This document shows, piece after piece, positions 1 through 14,538 of a stretch of DNA of 64,000 nt; within the stretch, counting starts at the first letter, position 1, and the number at the start of each line of letters is the position of its first letter. The position numbers and the translations under genes were made by a program. Where the stretch lies: assembly GCF_009914755.1 (NCBI RefSeq), contig NC_060945.1; one strand, written 5' to 3'. Below the pieces are notes generated by a model that had not been told where the DNA came from, searched no databases, and worked only from the letters and a program-made list of their open reading frames with translations. The DNA is from the human T2T-CHM13v2.0 reference genome, Homo sapiens.

Positions 1-764
1 AGAATCTCGAAAACACCTAGGATTCAACAGCTAACTTTTTTTAGTTACGGCGTCTGAGGGCCAGGGAAACTCATTTTTAAAGACCCTCATTTCTTCTGAA
101 CTTGGACAGGGCTTTTCTACCAAGTTTCTGGTGATCTGTTTATTGGCAAATTGGGCCTGTTTTACCATTCCTCGGGCCTGTGAGTTTGTGTGTATTTGGG
201 TTTCCGGGTGGACGTGCACTTTGTAATATATTCGTAGTAAGTATGCATACACAGTGCACAAACCTTTTCCCTTTCAAAGTTCTTGGGCACATGTGTTCCC
301 CATCCCAGACTCCCACAGCCCTGGAGACTTCCCACACCCTGGGGAAGCGTGCAGGTTTGGAAGCAGTGGAACTGTAAGCTTCACGGGGGCAGACACCATC
401 CATTTTATTAATTTCCTGTATGCAGCCTCTGGTACAGATGGCATTTCATAAATACTTAACTGTTTCTTGAATGCATGAATGAATTCAATACACCATCTGG
501 ACCTTTTGCGATAGAAAATTTAGTGTTGCCAATGACATCATTCATTTTGGAAAATTTATTTTAGTAATTGGAAAAATGGGTTGCTTTCTCTCGTTTTTTG
601 AAAAAGACAGGCAGGGACGTGGAGCACCATGAGATTAAATGTGAAGCACTCCGTGCATCTCATCATTCTAAAATTATCATCTCACAGGAATTCAGAAAGT
701 CAATTTGTTCTGTGTAGTTTTCACCTACATCTGCCATCTTACGTCTCCTGTGTCTGCTTTTCAG

Positions 765-848
765 AAAACCAAGAAAAGACAGAAGATCAATATGAAGAAA
801 ATTCACACCTCACCTCCGTTCCTCATTGGATTAACAGCAATACATTAG
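765..848 (+). CDS. ETS2: ETS2 internal coding exon (84 bp, phase 1-1; probably exon 6)
   Basis: Pyrimidine tract + tcag acceptor ending at 764, donor G|gtcagt at 848/849; encodes ENQEKTEDQYEENSHLTSVPHWINSNTLG, recognised as ETS2; splices in frame to the next exon. Confidence 0.96.
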   Translation, partial: KTKKRQKINMKKIHTSPPFLIGLTAIH

Positions 849-944
849 GTCAGTCCGATTGATTCTGCCCTTAAGAACTTTGTCTTCAGTCTTCCCAGTA
901 GACTTGGAATCTCTCTACTGTAGGCTCCTAAGGGGCCACCTAGA

Positions 945-1262
945 CCTGTGTGTCTCTTATGGTGGCCACACGTGGGTGTTGAGCTATAAGCCATTGAAAT
1001 GTGACTGGTCCACATCGAGATGTGTAGGAAGAGTATAGTCATGCACACCAGATTTGGAAGTCTTAGTATGAAACAGAGAATATAAAATGTCTCCCTGATA
1101 ATTTTTAATGTATTGATTACATATTGAAATGATAATTGCTATATGAGGCCAAGTAAAATAAGAAAATTAACTTCACCTGTTTCTTTTTGCTTTTTTAATA
1201 TGGCCACTAGAACTTTCGCAGTTGCTTAAGTGGCTCACACGATCTTCCATAGGTCAGCACTG
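945..1262. mobile_element. hAT-Charlie MITE (MER33/MER3-like), intronic
   Basis: Resembles recalled MER33 consensus (ggccacacgtgg...aaaattaacttcacctgtttctttttgcttttttaatatggccactaga...cagcactg). Confidence 0.65.
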
Positions 1263-2181
1263 TTAGTGCTAGTCCAGGCAATTCTTAGAGCAAGGAGCAG
1301 AACGAAGTGAGCTGATTACCGCAGTCACCAGTAATGTTGGTTTAGTGTAGCAAACAAGAGGCGGCAGGCACAGAGTGCGTGAAAAGCAATTTGTAAACTG
1401 GCTCTGAACTTGGGAGCTTAAAGAGCTGTCATGGAATCTGGGTCCTTTCTTCTGGTTGCTGATACTGGGGAGGGCACAGGGTCTGGCCAGGCCAGCGAGG
1501 GAGGGGTCCTCGGAACAGCAGGCTTGGGTGGTGTTGGTCCGGCCCAGTGTTTTCTCTCTGGCCCCAGCTCCACCATTCAGACCCGGTGAAGCCCACCTCT
1601 CTGCCCCACTGGGGGCTTCCTGCTCAGGAGGTCTTTCTGAACATGACAGTGGGACACCCTGTGCCTGCCTGAACCTGAATCAGAGTCAGAGAGCTTCCTT
1701 CCCTCTCCAGAAAATAAATTATTCTGCAATGAACAGAGACAGGAGCGGTGTGATGAAGGAGCAGAAAGCAGAGTGGGCTGTGCCTCAGCACACAGGGTTC
1801 ATGGCCTGGTTCTGCCCTTATGAATCACACAGTACATGACACGTCACTTGGTCTGTCTGAGCCTTACTCTCCTCGGAAGCTAAAAGAGCCAGTGAGCCCT
1901 GTCTTCCTGAAGGTCCCATGAAAGCACTAGGGTTGTAGAAATAGGAACATTGAGTCCTGCCTGCAGAGGCTGCAGTCATTTTGGCAGAGGGCTGCTGGTT
2001 GAGAAGCTGAATGGTTTGAGAAGAAGGCCTGGTGACAGACCCCCACCAAAGCCCGGGTCTCCACTGAGGTTCTGCAGAGGGCTGGAGTGTGCGGAGTGCT
2101 CACCTGTCATTTGCTCGTAGGGGTTAGTTACTGGGGTAACACTGACTTTAAGAGCTCTGCCGTCCGATTGTTCTGTTCCAG

Positions 2182-2403
2182 GTTTTGGCACAGAGCAGGC
2201 GCCCTATGGAATGCAGACACAGAATTACCCCAAAGGCGGCCTCCTGGACAGCATGTGTCCGGCCTCCACACCCAGCGTACTCAGCTCTGAGCAGGAGTTT
2301 CAGATGTTCCCCAAGTCTCGGCTCAGCTCCGTCAGCGTCACCTACTGCTCTGTCAGTCAGGACTTCCCAGGCAGCAACTTGAATTTGCTCACCAACAATT
2401 CTG
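2182..2403 (+). CDS. ETS2: ETS2 internal coding exon (222 bp, phase 1-1)
   Basis: ttccag acceptor, G|gtaaga donor; encodes FGTEQAPYGMQTQNYPKGGLLDSMCPASTPSVLSSEQEFQMFPKSRLSSVSVTYCSVSQDFPGSNLNLLTNNS. Confidence 0.97.
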
Positions 2404-2689
2404 GTAAGATTGGAAGCATCTTTCAACAAGGCTGTTGCTTTGATTCTGAGAACCCCAGAGCCATAATGAACCTCTTAATAAATACTTCCTGGATTCAGCC
2501 ATTAGAGAAGGGGGTCAAAGCCCATGTTCTAAGTGGATTTCCAACAAGCATACCCCTAATATGTTTCAGGCACTGGCCCAGGTACTGCAGGCATTGAGTA
2601 AACAAAACAGTCCCTGCTCTTACAGCCAGATTTCTCCACACTTTGGGATATTTATGGAGGCGATGCAGGAATGTGACATTTCTTCTTAT

Positions 2690-3085
2690 GGAGATGTAAC
2701 ATAAATACAGTGCACAAGTCTCAGGTCATGTGGCTGGTTGGATTTGTGTATGTATGTATACCCATGTAATAACCATCCAGATGGAGATAGAGAAGTTTCC
2801 AGTAGCCTGGAAGATTCCTTCGTACCCCTTCCCATCAATAATGTCCCCCCGACAGAAGGGAACGATTCTGACTTTTATCATTACGGATTAGGTTTTGATT
2901 TTCTTGAACTTTACATAGATGGAATCATAAGGCATGTTTTCTTTTGTGTTTGTCTTTTACTCATCATGTCTGGGATTCATGCATGTTGTTGGATGTAGCA
3001 GCCATGTGTTCTTTTTCATCGCTGTATAGTATTCCATTATAAGAATTTTATTCATTCTACTGTTGATGGAAGATAGGATTTGTGT
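2690..3085 (-). mobile_element. Old L1M (L1ME-like) 3' fragment
   Basis: Degenerate L1 3'-end motifs (gaactttacatagatggaatcata...gctgtatagtattccatt). Confidence 0.55.
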
Positions 3086-3259
3086 AGTATAGTTACCCTA
3101 AGGAATAAGCACCTGAGTAGAGAGCATTTTGAGAAGTCTGAGTGGTTCTACACCAGCAGGTGCATGATTGCACTGGTAGTGGTTGGTGATGCTATGGTCG
3201 TGCCCAAGACCAACTGTGTCCTGGAGGAATCAAAGTATGTGTTTGGTTGTCTTTGCCAG

Positions 3260-3523
3260 GGACGCCCAAAGACCACGACTCCCCTGAGAACGGTGCGGAC
3301 AGCTTCGAGAGCTCAGACTCCCTCCTCCAGTCCTGGAACAGCCAGTCGTCCTTGCTGGATGTGCAACGGGTTCCTTCCTTCGAGAGCTTCGAAGATGACT
3401 GCAGCCAGTCTCTCTGCCTCAATAAGCCAACCATGTCTTTCAAGGATTACATCCAAGAGAGGAGTGACCCGGTGGAGCAAGGCAAACCAGTTATACCTGC
3501 AGCTGTGCTGGCCGGCTTCACAG
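3260..3523 (+). CDS. ETS2: ETS2 internal coding exon (264 bp, phase 1-1), serine-rich/autoinhibitory region
   Basis: tgccag acceptor, G|gtgtgt donor; encodes GTPKDHDSPENGADSFESSDSLLQSWNSQSSLLDVQRVPSFESFEDDCSQ...KPVIPAAVLAGFT. Confidence 0.97.
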
Positions 3524-5342
3524 GTGTGTGTGGAACTCCGAGAGCCTGGCCGCCCAGTCTCCTGGGTCCTGTCCCTTGCTTCCTTTCGAGCCACAGTACC
3601 ACATTCACCGAGGGTGTTTCTAAGCTAGGTACACCAGTGCTCTACACTCCATGTTTTATGCGTGGCTTGCTGTATCTCTGAATTCGACAAAAGCCACACT
3701 TGGAGGAATTTTCATGTACACAGAGCTCCATGGAATGAGTGAAAATCGACAGGCCACTCCCTCCACCTGGGACGTTCTGAGGAATAGTTGGAGCAGGGGA
3801 CATGGCCTGTGCAGTCTTCAGCCCTGACTCACCCACTCCAAGAATCTCAAAGAATGTAAACTGGCTTAGGGAGGGGCAGCAGAGCCAGTCTCAAATAATA
3901 TGGGCACTGTTTACCTTTTCTTGCTTCTAAAATCTATCTGCTCTTATTTTTGAGGTTTGGGTGAGAGCTATTCTAGGCAGTGGACAAATATAAAGCTGTT
4001 TTTAGAAACAGGTATTTCCAGTACTTTAGCGAAAATACTGGGGCTTTGTTTTCACTGCTTCGTGTATCCTTAAATGCGTTTTTGTTTTTGTTTTTTTAAC
4101 CATATGGAGCCACTGTGGATTGAAATTACCTAACTTAAAAAAATCTGATAAGTTTAAAATAAGGATACTGAGGCATTCATTCTTTTTCTGTCATCTAAGA
4201 ACAATCAGCCACGTAAACGTATTAAAATACACGGAAAGAGTGTGTGAAAGCCATTATCGGTTTCATTATTGGGAGTTTAGGGCCTGAGAAGAATAAACAG
4301 CCATAACGTTAGTGTGGTTCATTTTAATAGTAACATAAGTTTCTGTTTATTGACTGCCAACTCTGTAGTTAAGTAGGCATACAGTCTGTAGGACAGCCTG
4401 GCATGGGGGCGGTATGAGGCCATTTTACAGATGGGGAAATTGGCTCACAGGCAGACAGCTATCGGTGCTCACACAGCTCTGGTTCTAGAATGCCTGTCCC
4501 GTGCTTTACAGCAAAGCTTTATTGATAACGGCCATTGCGTTTCTGAGGAAGAGCTATTTGGTAGAAAGAGGTTGGGCTTAGGGTCGGAAGATCTAGGCTC
4601 TTCTCCTGTTTGCTGTGATGGGCGTGTGATCCAGGACAAGGCACCTGGCCTCTGAGCCGCATCTTATCCCTCCTCTTTAGAACAGAACCACACTGACACC
4701 TGCTTTGCAAGGTGGTAGTTCTAAATGTCAATCGAGGACAGGTGGACGAGAAGCTCTTGGCAAAGCATGCTTCACCAGACAGAGGCTGTGAGGCAACGGG
4801 TGTGACCCCGCGTGGCTATTGAGTAAACCGGGCTCACATTAAGCAATTTACACATGGTCATTTGGCAGGAAGGTGGCATGGGATCCCACGTATGACACGC
4901 CTCATTCTGTGATGAAACACCCCCTCAGCCACCCCCATCTCTGCCCCACTGGGTGTTTCTAGAAAAAAACCTTGAAGGTTTTTACATAAGGAACAATTAA
5001 ACCAGATGGGGAATTTTAATGCCAAGAGTTGGTGGCCCTAAACTTTCTTCCAGAAAGAACAAACCTAGCAATCAAGGGGAAGAGTGTCTCGCCTAGTGAC
5101 CTTATTTTCTAGGAGTAGGCAGTGTGGAGCAGGAACTCACATTTGGTGCCCCGCCCCATCCCGTTAAAGCACTTAGTACTGTCACCAACACCTTGAGTGC
5201 CACCCTGAGTGTAACATCGGAACCCCATTCAGAGAGTTGGGTCTGCATTCCTAAATCAGCATGTACAATTAGGATGGTTAAAGACTTGCTGTATTTTACA
5301 TCTGTGAAAGGGTATGATCCGTCTCCCTCCCTCTCCCCGCAG

Positions 5343-5461
5343 GAAGTGGACCTATTCAGCTGTGGCAGTTTCTCCTGGAGCTGCTATCAGACAAATCCTG
5401 CCAGTCATTCATCAGCTGGACTGGAGACGGATGGGAGTTTAAGCTCGCCGACCCCGATGAG
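5343..5461 (+). CDS. ETS2: ETS2 coding exon, first half of ETS domain (119 bp)
   Basis: ccccgcag acceptor, GAG|gtatgg donor; encodes [40 protein letters not shown]. Confidence 0.98.
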
Positions 5462-6430
5462 GTATGGCCAGAGCCCTGGGAAATCTCTGGGCTTGAAAAC
5501 CTGATTTCCTGCTTGCATTCAAAAACTCAGTTCTTTGGGCACAAAAAAGGGTTCACCAGTACTGCTGAGAATCTTTCCACGTGAGGCATCCTTGGCTGTT
5601 GGGAAAATGGAAGTGGAGTCATTGCTTTGTTGATAAACGTGTACAGTGTTTTCTGGGTATGCTTCATACAAGGGCGTTGCACAGATTTCACTGTCTTGAT
5701 CAGTTGTCTGATCAAGAGGCCCAAGCTGCAAACTGAGGTTCTCTGCTGACCATCTGAAAATGCCTTAGGAAGGCTGCCCTTGTCCATCGGGGGAACAAGC
5801 CTCATGTGGCCCCGAGCCAGCCTTCTGTCCACTCCTTAGCTGAGCCCAGCAGTGTTGACCCCAGCCCTGCAGAGTTAGAACCAGGAGCCCTGTCTAAAGG
5901 AGAAGGCCAAGGGCAGGTGGGATACCAACCCCGCCAGAAAAGCGTTAGAGAGAAGCCCTTGGTCTCTGGCACTGGGGAGCGTAATCTGTCACCATTCCCA
6001 CCCCGCCTCCAGTTCCCTTGGGAGACAAGCATTGAGGAATGAGTATATCACACAGCTCAGAATCCCACTCGGCACCTGTTAACTTCAGTAGTTGGAATAT
6101 CCAGCCTGGAGGGTGGGTGACACCACCTTTCCCTGGTCTCAGGACCCTCCTGGCTCTGAACCCTTGGCTCCCAGGAGGTTTCACTGAGCTGGGGCCAGGG
6201 AGCAGGGACCTCATTCCCCAGTGGTTCTGCCCCTTGGGGACACAGTGCCCCTACCATAGGTACTCAAAGGTACTCAGAGGTACTCAAAAGGTCCTCCTGC
6301 GGACCTTGTGTAGGTGTCAAGTTCTCTCTAGAGTGAACATGCCTCAGAATCATAATCAGGGAGGAATGTCATTCACTTTTTCTTCATTGACAAATTGAGT
6401 TTAACTCTTTTCCATCCATGTTCACCAAAG

Positions 6431-6646
6431 GTGGCCCGCCGGTGGGGAAAGAGGAAAAATAAGCCCAAGATGAACTACGAGAAGCTGAGCCGGGGCTTAC
6501 GCTACTATTACGACAAGAACATCATCCACAAGACGTCGGGGAAGCGCTACGTGTACCGCTTCGTGTGCGACCTCCAGAACTTGCTGGGGTTCACGCCCGA
6601 GGAACTGCACGCCATCCTGGGCGTCCAGCCCGACACGGAGGACTGA
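6431..6646 (+). CDS. ETS2: ETS2 last coding exon, second half of ETS domain to stop
   Basis: caaag acceptor; [71 protein letters not shown]; TGA 6644-6646. Confidence 0.99.
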   Translation: MARRWGKRKNKPKMNYEKLSRGLRYYYDKNIIHKTSGKRYVYRFVCDLQNLLGFTPEELHAILGVQPDTED

Positions 6647-8715
6647 GGTCGCCGGGACCACCCTGAGCCGGCCCCAGGCTCGTGGACTGAGTGGGAAGCC
6701 CATCCTGACCAGCTGCTCCGAGGACCCAGGAAAGGCAGGATTGAAAATGTCCAGGAAAGTGGCCAAGAAGCAGTGGCCTTATTGCATCCCAAACCACGCC
6801 TCTTGACCAGGCTGCCTCCCTTGTGGCAGCAACGGCACAGCTAATTCTACTCACAGTGCTTTTAAGTGAAAATGGTCGAGAAAGAGGCACCAGGAAGCCG
6901 TCCTGGCGCCTGGCAGTCCGTGGGACGGGATGGTTCTGGCTGTTTGAGATTCTCAAAGGAGCGAGCATGTCGTGGACACACACAGACTATTTTTAGATTT
7001 TCTTTTGCCTTTTGCAACCAGGAACAGCAAATGCAAAAACTCTTTGAGAGGGTAGGAGGGTGGGAAGGAAACAACCATGTCATTTCAGAAGTTAGTTTGT
7101 ATATATTATTATAATCTTATAATTGTTCTCAGAATCCCTTAACAGTTGTATTTAACAGAAATTGTATATTGTAATTTAAAATAATTATATAACTGTATTT
7201 GAAATAAGAATTCAGACATCTGAGGTTTTATTTCATTTTTCAATAGCACATATGGAATTTTGCAAAGATTTAATCTGCCAAGGGCCGACTAAGAGAAGTT
7301 GTAAAGTATGTATTATTTACATTTAATAGACTTACAGGGATAAGGCCTGTGGGGGGTAATCCCTGCTTTTTGTGTTTTTTTGTTTGTTTGTTTGTTTGTT
7401 TTTGGGGGGTTTTCTTGCCTTGGTTGTCTGGCAAGGACTTTGTACATTTGGGAGTTTTTATGAGAAACTTAAATGTTATTATCTGGGCTTATATCTGGCC
7501 TCTGCTTTCTCCTTTAATTGTAAAGTAAAAGCTATAAAGCAGTATTTTTCTTGACAAATGGCATATGTTTTCCACTTCTTTGCATGCGTTTAAGTCAGTT
7601 TATACACAAAATGGATTTTATTTTTTAGTTTAACTGTGTTTCTCCGACAGCTCACCTCTCTCTGACCACCCAGCCATTTCCTTCCTGTGCTCCACGTTCT
7701 TCTGTGTGATTAAAATAAGAATATTATTTTTGGAAATATGCAACTCCTTTTCAGAGATCAGGAGGGATTTATGTAGCAGCTATTTTTACTGCAAAAGTAA
7801 TTCACTGGAAAAAAAATGTAATTTGTAAGAAAGCTTTATTTTTATCTCAGCTCTATGTAAAGTTAAAGTTACTGTACAGAGCTGAAGGACGGGGGGCGGT
7901 AGGGGTCTTGATGAAACCTCTTGAACGAAGCACAGTTTGTCCCATCTTTGTTCACTCGTGTGTCTCAACCATCTTAATAGCATGCTGCTCCTTTTTGCTC
8001 AGTGTCCACAGCAAGATGACGTGATTCTTATTTTCTTGGACACAGACTATTCTGAGGCACAGAGCGGGGACTTAAGATGGGAAAGAGAAAGCATCGGAGC
8101 CATTCATTCGGAGAAAACGTTTTGATCAAAATGGAGACTTTTGTAGTCGTTTCAAAAGAGCACCTGAGTCATGTGTATTCCCGGCCTTTATAAATGACCC
8201 GGTCAAGTTGGTTTCAAAGTCCGACAGGCTTGTCTGTTTACTAGCTGCGTGGCCTTGGACGGGTGGCTGACATCTGTAAAGAATCCTCCTGTGATGAAAC
8301 TGAGGAATCGGGTGGCCGGGCAAGCTGGGAAGAGCAAAGCCAGAGCTGCGCTGCCTCAATACCCACAAAAGACCATTCCCAGTATACATAAGCACAGGAT
8401 GTTTTTCTCAAGAGGGATGTATTTATCACTTGGACATCTGTTTATAATATAAACAGACATGTGACTGGGAACATCTTGCTGCCAAAAGAATCCTAGGCAG
8501 TGGCTCATTGTATGTGAGGTTGAACCACGTGAAATTGCCAATATTAGGCTGGCTTTTATCTACAAAGAAGGAGTTTCATGGGGTTCAGCCTAACAGTTAT
8601 GGAAACTACAGTCCTTATAAACCATTGGCATGGTAATAAACAGATCTTAAGTATAAAAATTTTGTAATTGGGCCTTTACTCTCTCAATAATAAAGTATTT
8701 TGTTTATATAAATTC
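6647..8715 (+). other. ETS2: ETS2 3'UTR
   Basis: Follows the stop codon; AU-rich; ends after tandem AATAAA hexamers (3' end approximate). Confidence 0.8.
8635..8694 (+). terminator. Tandem polyadenylation signals of ETS2
   Basis: AATAAA at 8635-8640 and 8689-8694, followed by U/GU-rich sequence (gtattttgttt, ttctttgtg). Confidence 0.8.
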
Positions 8716-9012
8716 TTTGTGATAGTCCTCGTTCTTCCTCTCCACACCCAGCATGAAGGAGTTGGAGGAAGGATGTTAACCCCAGATCCATTCTCTACTC
8801 AAAACATTCCATCATCAAGCGGCAAGTCTCTGTTTAACTGGTTTATACACAAGTCACTTAGAAACCACAACCCAAATTGGAATCAACTTTGAGCCCTTCC
8901 TAAAAGAATTCCCAAAAAGTGCTCTCTTTCAAAACAAAAAATTCTTTTAAGAAAGTGTTATAATAGAAAGATTCAAATGTCTTTCTTTGCCAGAAGCTTG
9001 GCAGAGATAACA

Positions 9013-10352
9013 GAGGAGAGATTCTGGAATGTTTATATTAAGTACATTAGAATTTGAGGTTTAAGTACTTTTGGAACTGAGGCCACAACACTCTGTCCCC
9101 TCAGTGGAGTCTGACATTGGTAAGGTGATGGTGGTCTTAGGACACCTGTTTTCAAATTTGTTCTCTTTACATGCTCCAAAATTAGTGAGTATGCCAAAAA
9201 GCTTATATTCATTGGTGCGCTAGAGCCAGCTCACTGTGTTCTCCCGAGAGCTACATGTCCCTTCCCATCATCGCATCAGTAATGGTAGCTTGAGATGGGG
9301 CGTGATGAGAGTATTTACACCATGGGAATCAGCAGACACTACAAATCAGGGCCTTCTCTCCCCCAGAGTGCTGATTGTTAAACATTTACCAACACTCTAC
9401 TGGTTATATCTATCAATAATTTCCATATTAGAAATTAAAGTAAATTTTAAAAGAATTCATTTAAAAATAATTTTACTTATTGGCATTAACAGCATTTTTT
9501 TCTTGCAAAAAGTAATTATTTTTTAAAAAGTTAGCATGGCATTGTTTCACATTTGCAAATCTCTTTAATGTCTGGTTTAGTATTAGAGCTGGATTCTTCT
9601 GTTTCTGCATTCAATCTGTTTGCATATATTTTGATAGAGTATGTGAAGAAAATCCGGCCTAACAGATATGTAACAGAAACAAGGAGGAGCATTTAAGACT
9701 ATTTCAGATAATTGTAGATATTCTTTCTTTACTATGCCAAAACTTAACAAAGTATAATTCCTTAGTTGCAATTCAGGTATGAAACCATATTAATAAACTT
9801 TCCTAAGGTTACATTAAATTCCATTGGCCTACGTTGCACTTTGAACAGATCTTTTAGCCGTGTGTGATTTTGTAACATCCTGCATTGGTCACTTGGAAAA
9901 TATTGCTTCAAAATGTTAACACATTTCAAAATATAATATTCAACAATTACATTACTTAATATCACCACAAATCACATCAGAAAATTACTGGGAAACTATC
10001 AAACTCACAGTGGTGGATACACACTTTTTAAAATTCAAATTTTCACTTGAAACCTCAAATTTTATAATCAGCAACAAATACCCCTAAGTATTTGAGGAGA
10101 GATTCTCGGATGTTTATACTAACTACATTAGAATTTGAGGTTTAAGTACTTTTGGAACTGAGGCCACAACACTCTGTCCCCTCAGTGGACTCTGACGTTG
10201 TTAAGGTGATGGTGGTCTTAGGACACCTGTTTTCAAATTTGTTCTTTTTACATGCTTCAAAATTAGTGAGTACGCCAAAAAGCTTATATTCATTGGTGTG
10301 CTAGAGCCAGCTCACTGCGTTCTCCCAAGAGCTACGTGTCTCTTCCCACCAT
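9013..10352 (+). repeat. 259-bp direct repeat pair (9013-9271 and 10094-10352)
   Basis: Ungapped alignment by eye, about 16 mismatches. Confidence 0.95.
9210..9402. mobile_element. MER63A-like hAT-Blackjack MITE
   Basis: Termini cattggtgcgctagagcc ... aaacatttaccaacactctactg; degenerate 8-bp TSD cttatatt/gttatatc. Confidence 0.7.
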
Positions 10353-11212
10353 TTTGGGGGGGAAGCGACAGGCTCACTTTATTTAGTTTTTGAGGAAGGA
10401 CCAGCCAAATACCCAAATCAGAATAATTTGCCAGTTATTCTCTCAGATAAAAGTGATATTCATGAATAGAGTGGACAGTTTAGCTTGCAACTCAAATACA
10501 CAATTGCATCTCCTTACAACAATCACCATATTTCAGTATGTGTGCAGACCAGTTCTTTAAGTGTACTTTCCATTTTATTACACAGAAATTAAAAAGATGT
10601 GTTTTCCATTAGTAAAAAATAAGTTTTTACTGCTTCATCAAGAGCATTCTTGAGGCCAGGTGTGGTGGCTCACACCTGTAATCCCAACACCTGGGGAGGC
10701 TGGGGTGGGCGGATCACCTGAGGCCAGGAGTTCGAGACCAGCCTAGCCAACGTGACAAAACCACATCTCTACTAAAAATACAAAAATCAGCCAGATGCGG
10801 TGACACATGCCTGTAGTCCCAGCTACTTTGGAGGCTGAGGTTGGAGAATCACTTGGACCTGGGAGGTGGAGGTTGCAGCCAGCCCGGGTGACAGAGCGAG
10901 ACTCTGTCTTAAAAAAAAAAAAATTCTTGAGTGAAACTCTTATTTTTTCTTTTCTTTTTTTCTGCAAGTGCATGGTGGTGGTGGAGAGTGCAGTGACACA
11001 GTGACTGCCAACTGTTCCGGTTCACGTGATTCTGGTTCAGCACCATAGTGCAAAACCACCTGTGCTTTTATACCATCATAGCAAAGGTCAAAAAGTCAAG
11101 CGTGGATTTGTATCCTTGTAAAAATAGTCTTAACCTTGAGGATCCTTCTGAAAGGGTCTCGGAGACCTCAGAGTCTGTGGGGCACATTTTGACAATCGTT
11201 CTAGAAAGAAGA
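9430..11212. mobile_element. Charlie1-like hAT DNA transposon, interrupted by a 259-bp insert and an Alu
   Basis: Resembles recalled Charlie1 consensus (ggcattgtttcacatttgcaaatctctttaatgtctgg...gcaacaaata / gaagcgacaggctcacttt...ttttactgcttcatcaag). Confidence 0.65.
10654..10923 (+). mobile_element. AluS with short deletion in the right arm
   Basis: ggccaggtgtggtggctcacacctgtaatccc...polyA; TSD attcttga. Confidence 0.95.
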
Positions 11213-11527
11213 GAGGCTCACTCAGAGCAAAAGTGGTGGATCTCTGGAGGACAAAGCGAAGGTAGGGAAAATTAGCCTTTGGCCTCCCAAATCCAGTGTC
11301 CGTGCTTCCAGTCTTCTGACCTTTTCATAGCCAGGTAAGGAGGAAGCATTTCTTGTTTAAATCAAGAAGAATTGTCTAGTCTGCATGATAAAGAAAAGTT
11401 CCTTCACACAGGGTGAAATGGATACTCTCAAAGCCCTTTTCCTGCCATCCTTCTATCTTTGTTCTTTTCCATGCTCCAGTCCAATTCCAAATCTGTTTCA
11501 GGAAACAAAAAATGTATATTTTGCCAC

Positions 11528-11816
11528 TTTTTTTTGAGACAGGGTCTTGCTTTGTTGCCAAGGCTGGAGTTTAGTGGCATGATCACAGCCCACTGTAACC
11601 TCAACCTCCTGGACTCAAGTGATCCACCCATCTCAGCCTCCTGAGTAGCTGGGACTACAGGCATGCACCACCAGACCCATCTGATTTTTAAATTTCTTGT
11701 AGAGATGGGGTCTCCCTATGTTGTCTAGGCTGGTTTTAAACTCCTAAAATCAAGGGATCCTTCTGCTTTGGCCTCTTAAAGTGCTGGGATTATAGGCATG
11801 AGCCACTGCACCTGGT
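11528..11816 (-). mobile_element. AluJ
   Basis: Reverse Alu (gagacagggtcttgct...tgagccactgcacctgg); TSD ttgccac. Confidence 0.93.
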
Positions 11817-12056
11817 CTTGCCACAGTTTTTCTGAAACTTAGAAGAAAAGAGGAAAGGGAAGGGAAATAAGTATTTAGAGAAATCATTTTTCGGAACATC
11901 TTCAAAACTGGGATTGTGCAGAGATGAAGTCATGGGGCCTGCCTGCCCGCCTTTTCCATGGCGGGGAAGAAGCAGAATTACATTTCCGTCAGTTCTGCCC
12001 CACATCCTGGCTCTCCCCCATGTCCTGGCTCTCCCCAACATCACTCAACCAGCTTT

Positions 12057-14538
<2,482 letters not shown>

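Noticed and set aside
3080-3628. 182-aa ORF overlapping an ETS2 exon
   Set aside because: Alternative frame running from intron through exon, with a non-ATG start; explained by the exon's composition
6258-6291. Micro tandem duplications (aggtactca x3 here; also ~12003-12038, ~48866-48907, ~53120-53153)
   Set aside because: Ordinary slippage duplications with no functional indication
6497-6983. Several antisense ORFs over the last ETS2 exon
   Set aside because: Shadow ORFs of GC-rich coding sequence
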